From contig CAJINV010000007.1 of the NCBI GenBank assembly GCA_905178155.1, positions 2,833,151-2,897,150 of the forward strand: a stretch of 64,000 bases of DNA. Reading direction: 5' to 3'. The position numbers and the translations under genes were made by a program. Shown one piece after another: positions 52,267 through 61,700 of the stretch. The DNA is from Amoebophrya sp. A120. Its lineage: Eukaryota; Protista; Dinoflagellata. Below the pieces are notes generated by a model. It ran no database searches. It was not told where the DNA came from and saw nothing but the letters and a program-made list of their open reading frames with translations. The stretch's first letter is position 1. Each line of letters begins with the position of its first letter.

Positions 52267-53196
52267 TATTTTTGCGCTACGGAGGTTTTTGATCTGTAGT
52301 TCGAGTTCCCGTTTACTTGTTCTTCAATGTTGACCTGAGGTGGGCCAACAGCAGCGTCTTCTTTTAGGACAGAAAATAGGTTCAGTTGTACTTGGCAGAA
52401 GTAGAGAGAATCGAAGTCGTTCCCCCGAGTTTTCTGCTTTGTTTGTTATCGTACCGTATTGGTCTTGTCAGAGGGTTCCTGCTGAACTGAAATTGAAAAT
52501 TTTCCTTTTGAGGAGTGCAGAGCATATGCTGTTTTGGGGAAGCGGAAGGGTCATCGACAAGAAAAAATTAAAAAGCAGTGGTCACGGAAGCAAAAAAATA
52601 TACTCGATACAGCTCACGTGTCACTCAAGACTGCCCGTCGATGCAAAAAAAAGAAGAAATTAAGCCGAACCTCACGGGAAAAAACGAGTACAAAAAACGC
52701 TGAACAAAAGACAACACATTGGCCAAAGCCAAGCAGACAATAAACCGAAGGAATTTCTGCAGTAGAATAGCATGGGAAAGAAAATGTTCTTTGAGTTTCA
52801 TTGGAATACTGGCCAAAGGCGGTTCTCAAACCGGGAAGAAGTTTACCAGTTCGCCTTGCATTTTGGAAACGTGGAAATCATTGATGAAGAGACAAAGCCT
52901 CTTTATGTAGGAGGATGCGCTGAGGAGGATGCGAAACTACTGCAGCACGTTCATTGTGTTTGGCAATCGACAATCTGTGTCATGTAATCGTGTGAATTAT
53001 CTTCTTTGCGTTTGACAAAAATATCGACAATTGGTGTTCAACATTACATGAGTTTTTTTTTAGCGAAAATCACATCGAAATCGAAAACGAAATCGGCGCT
53101 GTATAATTTTCGTAGCAAATAATGGTTAGTGTAGCCATACTTGTCGGAGTCGGAAAATTCAAGTAGCCTAAATGAAAAAGCAAAATTTCTCGTCGA

Positions 53197-56100
53197 TCAG
53201 TATAGCGTCCTGCTGTTGACTTTCAGAAACAGAACAGAGGAAACCAAAAACGCCAACAGCAGCACGAAGCAAAAGACCCAGTTGAAGATGACAAAATTCA
53301 AATCGTCCGTCACTTCCATACCCGCCCAATACCGTCTCAACGCGCCGGTGTACATATCCTGAATCTCCGCCATAGTGTACGGAGCGTTTGATGGGAGAAA
53401 ATCCGATCTTGTTTCGCTAGAACTACTCTCGACCAGCTTCGCCATCGAATTCGAAATAGCCGCGAACTCCACATAGCTGATGAGCTTGATCAAATACCCG
53501 CTTGGTGTGATCCACTGCATCCAGGAGAGATACGCCGGCATGTCCTCGAGCGGACGGTACGAACCTGATAAGATGAACATTTTTTTTCATATATAGTCTC
53601 TTGATCGAATGTAAAATTAAAGGTATATATAATTCTCGCACAGGACCACCACATTTGTCAGTCCATGATAAATACCTGAGAAACAGCTCGGAATCGCGGT
53701 CAGAAACACCGGTCCCCACAGCAACGCTCTTTCCGGCGCGTTCACGTTCATGGTCGCAAGCATCAGCCCCGTCGCCATGCCGCAAAATCCCATGAACGCC
53801 ATGGTCGCCCACAGTAGCAAGAAGTTCGCGCACAGCCCCCAGAACACGTAGGGGAGAAACAGCAACCACGCGGACTGAAGTAAGATAAGAATCGACTCCA
53901 CGAAGATCTTCGACATAACATACGGCGTCACCGAGTACAGCTGCGAATGGAACTCCCGGTTAAAAATAGGCCGCTCCACCGCGATTCCCATCAACAACGC
54001 CTGCGCAGCGGACATGAGCACGACTAGATGTACTTGGCCTATATCAAATGCAAAAATGTCTGGGTCTGGAAGATTGGAACTTGTCATGCTAAATCTGAAG
54101 CATGCAAAAATCTGTGTTGCATGATTACCAAAAGTCGTCCAGTTTTCTTGACCAAGTCGGGAGGGAGTTTCTCATGCAGGATAGGCATGAGAGAGATCGC
54201 ACAGAATCTGTCATGCTAGGTCCGGCATTCCAGACCTCATGGGTCATGGAAAAGCTGCATGACAAACTCCTGCAATCTTCCAGACCCCGACATTTTTACA
54301 GTTGATAGCCTAGCGGGCCGTGCAACTCCCGGATTTTCGCCCGAAATTCCCCCTCGCCGTGCACGTAGTAATCGGAATTGGGGTTGTTCGGGTCCGCGTA
54401 GGTCCGCATGATGCCAAAAGTGAGCTCCCGGGCAACATTCGCGTACGCCAAGCTGTAGATAATGACGGAGATGGAAGGGATCAGCATCTTGCTCACCATC
54501 GCCTTCACGTCTCGGGTTCTGTGCGACCACTCGCGGTGCAGGAGAAGATTGAATTCGCTGGTGCGGGTGATTGGCGATTTTCCTGTTGAGAGTTTGCCCT
54601 TTGTATTTTTTGCTCGAACCACGGAGGCTGTGCTTCTTGCGGAGGTGTTTTCGAGAAGTTTCTTGCCCTGCACTGCTTTTGGCTCGTTCGACTCGTCGTT
54701 TTTGGTGGAGCTTCTGGTGGAGACTACTTCTGAGGAGCCCGGACGTAGTTGTGCATCAAACCCTTCTACCGCTACAGCTTGGAGTAACGCCTTTTTCTCC
54801 TCTGCGATGTCTTGAGTACTAGAGCTGTCTTGGCAAAGCTTATTTTCCGCTCTGTTTGTTTCGTCGTCGGAACTGAATGAAGTACTATCCGACCACACAG
54901 AAGATTCGTTCCCTTCGCTCTCGTCTGACGAGTCGTCAGTGTAGTCGGAGGACGGTGCGCCGTCGCTGCTCTTCCCCCCACCGCCATTTTTGTCCTCGGT
55001 CGAGGAACGTCTTGTCTTTCGTCTCCTACAACTCCCACCACTACCGCGATTGTTCACCTTCGCACTCACGCGCACGGGTCGCGGGTCGTCATGCTCATCA
55101 TTTTGGACGAATATCAGGTTGGTGATAAGAGGATGGAGGAGATCTGGTGTTCTTTCATCGGCATTTTTGTGCTGTTCTCGTCCGCCTGGTTGTAGTTGTT
55201 GCACTTCTACACTTTCTTCCAGCAAATCCCTCGAGGACCTCCGTAGTTCGTCCTCCAACGACTGCTCTATTTCGTGTTTTTTCCCCCGGAGCCCTAGAAA
55301 CAGCGCTTTGTGGTTTTCTCTGACAAACAGAAATTCCTCGTTGGAAAAAGACTGCGCGAGGTAGAGCAACCAGTCACAGGTGCCGTAGCCTTCTGGAATG
55401 GGCTGGCCGACGATGAGTTCTAAAAAGCCGGAAACGGTTTGGAGTCTCACTGCGTTCATGTTTTTGAAGAATTGTTCCCGGGAAAGCTCCAGTTCGTGGA
55501 GCAGGTTGCTGGGATGATGTTCTTGTTGGAGCTTCATCTCGACATGGTCATTGGCTTCAACATCCCTGCTCGCTTCCTCGTCCTCAGCAGTAGAAGAGAA
55601 TATTTTCATCTCGACATTGTTATTCCCTCCGTCCCGATCCTGTTCTACTGTAGAAGCTTCTTCTTGTTCCCGACCCAGCGGCATCCCTTCAATGGAGAAC
55701 GCAACCGCTTTAATATTTGTTCCGTCAGTTATTTGCTGTTCTTCCTCTTCTAGCCCTCCCAAAGCCGCCGTTTTTCGGTTCAACTCATTCGGAGAAGACG
55801 CGAACGCGGTGACTAATGGACTCGTACATGCGGTTGGCGATAATTGCAGCTCAGTGGACTGAAAATTGAACTTCGACGTCGCAGTGTACGCATTATCTCT
55901 CAGCAACGCCGCCGCCCGCTTCCCGCTGTACCCTTCCAAAAGCACCTCCCCCGCGCGGAGACAAAGCACGCGGTCGAAATTGTCGAAAAGCTCACTGGAG
56001 GGTTGGTGAATCAAATGCAAATATGTCTGGGTCTGGAAGATTCTGAAACTTGTCATGCACGTTTTGCATGAGTCATGAGGTCTGGAATGCCGCGAGACCT

Positions 56101-57859
56101 AGCATGACAGATTCTTTGAGGTCTTTATCATGCCGTTCCTGCATGAGAAACAACCACTCAACTTGGTCAAAAGCGGACAGCTTTTGGTACTCACGCAACA
56201 CAGATTTTTGCATCATTCAGATTTAGCATGACAAGTTTTAATCTTCCAGACCCAGACATTTTTGCATTTGATATGGTGAATCGTGCAGCAAATGATCGCT
56301 TTGTCCCTCTGTGCGATTTCCCGCAATTTGGTTATCAATCGAAGAGAAGAAAACGAATCCAACCCACTGGTCGGCTCGTCTAGAAACAGCAACTTTGGCC
56401 TGCCGAGCAGCTCTATTGCAGTGGAAACACGCTTCTTCTGGCCGCCGGAAAGACCCTTTTTCAGCGCAGAGCCAATCGCGACGTCTTTCACCGCTTGGAG
56501 GTCTAAATCAGTGAGCGTTTCCTCGACTCGTTGCTCGATTTCCGCTTCCGTGAGTAGGAGGTTTTTGCAGATTTTTCTTCGTGATTTGGTTCCAGATGAA
56601 CTGGGGGTCAACATTTTTTGATTATGTTCCTGTTTCTGCTTCTTCGTTAATTTCAGCCGGGCAGCGAACATGAGCGTTTCCTTCACCGTCTGTGTCGGTA
56701 GCAAATGATCTTCCTGCATCACGTAGGCGACGGTAGAACGCAAGTCGTTGAAGTCCATTTCCTTGATGTTCGTTCTCTTGTTAATGATCTCTGCACCAGC
56801 AGGAGGACCAGCGGCATTTGTAGTCTTACCAGCACTTTCAACGAAACAGATTCGTCCCGTTTTCCCAGTCCACCCCTGTCTTGCCGCCAAGATGTTTAGC
56901 AGCGTCGACTTCCCGGCGCCGGATGGGCCGACCAACGCGGTCAACTGCCCTGGGATCAGCTCCCCATAGCAGTTGTTTAACAGAAACTTCTTCTTCGTTT
57001 TCGAACCCGGAATCGGAACCGCGAAAGAAAGGTTTTCCCAGAACAGGGACCCGGTCGGGGGCGTGTACGAACTCTTGGATGAAGAAGCAGTCCGTGGTTG
57101 AAGACCATGTCCCTTGCTCTCGTGTCTAGCACTTCTACACGAGGGGTCACACAACTCCTGCTGTTGATCTCCATATGCTGAGTGGTTGTTTCCCTGACCA
57201 CCATGCTGTTGGTGCAATATCTTTGAGGATTTCGGCTGTTGTTGACTTGTGCGGAGATTCTTCTGATTGGGCGGATTCAGGACGTACTTTGCGTGCTCCA
57301 CCGGGTAGCCCTGATTCTTCTGTGGCTGGTTCGCATTACCACCACTAGCACCAGCTGCCAAAGAGACGGAGAATCCACTCCCGGATAGCAGGCCAGAGTT
57401 TAGTTTGCTGCAGCGGTTTAAACTCATGTTGCTGGTCCGCGAGCAGCTGTTAGTCGCAGCTTGTTCGAATTCTGCGATTTGAATCGAGGAATCGCAAGAG
57501 AATTGCGTTCTCCTTCTGGCCGCGTAGCTCAATCTGCTTGCGACGTCCGAATGCCTTTGGACGAGTGACGGCAGCTTCTTTTGTTCGCTGGTAGTTGTAC
57601 CACTGGAAGTCAAGACCACCTCTGCAAAAATATCACCCTCCACTAGCTGCCGCAAAGTTGCGCGGTCGATTGAGCTTGCAGAGGTGTCTGCGATGTCATT
57701 CTCCTCGACCAGGGCCGTCGTCGAAGAAGGTTTGCCGCCATACGCACCCACCTCAGCGTCGCCGTACAGAAGGGAGGCAGAGTGTTGCTTTTGGTTCTTT
57801 AGCAAAGACGGGGAGTCTAGTCCCGACCGACGAGGAAAACTGGGGTCATGGGGCTTCAT
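53197..57859 (-). CDS. ABCG (White-family) half transporter (about 1336 aa)
   Basis: Walker A GPSGAGKST, signature LSGGQ, Walker B LLFLDEPT. H-loop TIHQPS is rebuilt across an introner. C-terminal TMD with ERPIFNRE...LYS and WMQWITP. Exons 57859-56274, 56003-54308, 54036-53676 and 53564-53197 total 4011 nt in frame. Confidence 0.93.
54042..54307. mobile_element. Introner family 1, TSD GCCTA
   Basis: GCCTA at 54037-54041 and 54308-54312. Interior is the reverse complement of the 9260/10302 type. Confidence 0.92.
56009..56273. mobile_element. Introner family 1, TSD TGGTG (direct repeat extends to TGGTGAATC)
   Basis: TGGTG at 56004-56008 and 56274-56278. Splits the ABC H-loop. Confidence 0.92.
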
Positions 57860-58788
57860 GATTTTTAAGGTCGTTGTCGTGTCGTGGTTTCAGCAGCTTT
57901 GTATTCATGCTCTCGTGTGGTCTGCTTGGGTCTATTTCTGTTTTGGTTTCTTTATTTTCCAGGCAGAAAAACTGCGCACATGGTCATATGCGGAAAGAAA
58001 ACTGATGCGAACACGAACAGAGGAGAAAGAGTAACAACAGGCAAAGAATTCAATTTAGAATGATTCTTGTTTTTAACACCACTTAGCATACAATCATAGA
58101 CACTGTTTTCTGCGAAGTGTACAGTAGCTGCGCAGAATTTCATCCAAATCCTGATGTTTTTTGTAGTTTGCCCATCTCGTGAGTGATATACAGCGGTACT
58201 CGAAGACACCTGTCTCGAATTGATAAGGTAGAGCTAGAGGTAAACACACTGGTAAAGCAAAACAATATAACTTGGTTGAAACTTTTCTGCAACAAGAACA
58301 AATCGTACAAGAATGAAAATGCAATTGTGAAAGTCAAATAAAATCTGCCAAACAATAGCTGTAACAAGACAAAACTGAAAGTGAAACATAATCGTAAGAA
58401 ACAAATGTACCTCCAGAAAGTTATTAATTTGTCCATTCGTCTGTTTCTAGTTTTACGCCGGCGCAAAAACATCTCGTAGCACGGCTAATTCTCAATGGTG
58501 TGCAACTTTTTCTGGTTGAAGTCTGATGAAATTCGTCTGCTGTTGTAGTAGTAAACAAGATTGATACGTTGTTTCAAGGGCACATCAGTGGGATACCTTC
58601 AATGTCACCTGACGCAGGACCACTTTTACTTCGTTTATAAATATTCTGCTCTTCGTTCTCTTGCATTCTAACGCAATTATTTTTCAATCAACTTTTTCTA
58701 AACCCTAACCCCCGGACGTTCTCCTGACCAAGAAACCCCGCAACCTTCATCTTCTCTGTCTCACTTCACCGAGACTCCGTTCATCTGC

Positions 58789-61700
58789 TCACCCCTGCTG
58801 CGAGACCGGGGAGTCGATGATGAAGGTCGAGTCCCTATCATGCGTAAAAACGTCCCCACCCCAGAGTTGTCATGCTAAACAAAATGCGACACACTTTGCC
58901 CCCCCATTGTGCCATGGCCGCAGATGGCTTGAGACGCAGGGAGGGTGGGTCAGGCGGACACCAAAGTGCCATCACCATCATCTCCCGGCCACTATATTCC
59001 AACTCTGTTATCGCCACCAACCATACTTCGCAATTTTTTTCCGGCTCCGCCGTCCCTGCAGGCTAGTATGTACGTGCGCCCGAGACATATAACACGTCCT
59101 CCAGTGCAACAGCACCCAAGGCGGTTTTCCTGACGCATGCAAAACAGTGCTCAGTCGGAAAACCAGGGATCACGCATAAACTACCTGTAGATCTGGTGAA
59201 GGAAAATAACTAGAAGGGATGCGGCCCTTCAAGAAAAGTTAAATCATAGATACAATAATAGGAAATAGAAAAAAGAAAATGCGAGGGACACCCGGCCCGA
59301 AGTCCAGCACCAAAGCTGAAAGGCTAAAGGTGAACGAAAAGAGGGGATGCGGCCCCGAACAACGAATGAGAGACAAATCAAAAGCTAACTAAAAGTGCCG
59401 GCGCCGACGATAAAGGTCAAGAAGCATATAGCATAGCAGGATGCGGCCCGCAAGGGAAGGTAGGCAAAATAAGTAGTGGGGTGCGGCCCACAGCAAAATA
59501 ATGGTAGATAGATCCACACGTGAGTCAATGTACTGCAAGCGAGAACAGAAAGAAATACTTTTATTTTTTTTTGAAAACGAGAATAGGCGAAGGGAAGCAA
59601 CAGGGATGCGGCCCCGAGCTAAGGTAAATAAAAATAAAGTCGGCCACGCAGCACAAGGTAAAAGCTCAGACTGTGATTACGACTAATAATAATTTTTTTT
59701 TTATTACACTTAGAATTTTTGGACTAGGGGGGAGCGGGTCGGTTGAGCCCCACTGGTCGTAGACGAGGTTGATGTCGCCCCGCGGAAGCAGCCCTCGCCG
59801 GCAAACCCACAGCAGAATCGGGATCAGGCGTAGTGCAAAATGTGGAACAAGGGCAGGCAATGGATAAAGCACCGCGAGCAGACCTATCGTGAGATCGGCC
59901 GACATCGTGGTGTCGAAGCCAGGACCATCTGCACTCCCGGGTGGGGGTCGATGCACCCGCAATCCGCACAGTTGACGCAGGTGGTCGTACAGAAGGAGAA
60001 AGCAGTCCAACATCGCGCGTAGCTGCAACAGGGTGTTGAAAAGGGTCGCACGAGGTCGATGAGCACGAACTGCAGCAACCAGCACCAGGCAGTCAGCGGT
60101 AGAACAACTCATACACTAGGGCCGGGAATAATATGATGTGGAAAATAACACAGACACTGCTGGATAGTAGTGGTTTGTCATGCTAGACAAAAATTACGAA
60201 AAGGAACGACAGAGGAAGACAGCAGAACAAGACGACCAGCCACGAAAAGCAAGGGAGAAACCACACGGCCGCACGACAGGGAAGGAGCGCAGGGCGCACA
60301 ACGACACAGAGAGGGCCAAAGCCAACGAAGCGCGAACCAGAAGAAAAGCAAGAAGAAGGAGGGGAAAAAAGCAAAAGAAGGTAGGCCGGGAAGAAACAGC
60401 AGGAGAAGGGGGACGAAGACGAAGGCGAAACCAAAGAGACAGACAGAGGCAAAAAGAAGAGCCAAATCAAGCGCATGCAAGAAATAACAGAATGACAAAC
60501 CACAATATAAATAGCAGTGTCCGTGCCTAACTTTAAAATACATTACTCCACGTCGATGAATGCATAGCTGGAAGTCCAGTAGGGGCACCAAGAAGTCGAC
60601 GGAGGGCACGGCGGTAGTAGCAGGTTTGATATACCATCAGAAGTCGTTAGCGCCTTGTGCTAGGGTTCATCAGCTGAACACCACGGTGGGGCAGGGGATC
60701 ATGAACGAGACACCGCCCAGGCCGGCTGCGCTTGTGATGGTGTCGAAGATCATGTGGCACTGCGGTGTTTTTCACTTTGGCTAAATCCGGACGACGAAAG
60801 TACACAAATGGATAAAAGGCGCACTCCGCACTCGAGTCACGCCTCGACTTTCCTGTGCAGTCCATTGGCCTCACATACAACGCGACCTCCCACGCGCCTA
60901 CTCATAGCTCAGCTGCGGCGTCTCGACAAATTACAGCACAAGTGAGTTTTCAACTCTGCAGTTTCAGCATGTAAAAAGGAATCGAAGAGCAGGCACGCTG
61001 ACACGCACCTTCAGGCAGAACTTTGTAAAGGCTCGAGGACGAACGAGAGCCTGTGGTAGAACTGTCCAGCCAGAGCCAGCACATATAATAAGTCACACTG
61101 ACTGTCCTAGATCGTCAACAGGTCATCGCGTGCAACAAAGAATAATATACATTTGGTACCGACAAAATGACCAAGCAAAAAAAAATAGTGCTTGTGTCTA
61201 GAACTGCAAAATCATGTATGAATATTCTGGGTTTAAGTTACTCAAAGACAATTATCCAATTTGACTGTAGTCGCAGACAGCCTTTGGCATCATCAGCACG
61301 GACACAAAAAAGCCCATGCCCGAGTAGGAATACAATCTTCACGACCGGGCCGGCGCCAGGGGGAGCTCCTCAGGGTGGGCAGGGGTCGCAGCCATTGTCT
61401 TCGCCTTTTTGCGCGTCTTGGGGGTGGTAGCGGACGCAGCGCCAGCAGTGGTCACCAGTTTCCGTTTGGTGGAGGTAGCGACGGCCGCAGCGGTAGGTTC
61501 GCGGCCATCACGAACCCGTTGCCGGGATTTTGGCGTCGCGCCGCTCGTCGTGCCCTTGGCAGAAACTGGTGGCACCAAACCGCATGGAGGCATATCGCAG
61601 AGAGCGGCATCTACCGATACCTGTGAATCGACAATGAGTGCCGGGTCGTAGCTGAAGGAACTGTCATGCACAGGGACGACGACACCGGTCTTCAGGGAAG

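Noticed and set aside
8841-56273. Recurrent short ORF peptides (IKCKNVWVWK, FQTQTFLHLI, KMSGSGR, KNPPSPYRK)
   Set aside because: These are translations of introner TIRs, not a protein family.
58698-58712. Telomere-like AACCCTAACCC
   Set aside because: Fewer than two full units; expected by chance.
59216-59614. CRISPR-like array
   Set aside because: The repeats are only about 12 bp with irregular spacing, the context is eukaryotic, and there are no cas genes.
60640-60680. Hammerhead ribozyme core CTGATGA on the minus strand
   Set aside because: There is no properly placed GAAA or closing stems.
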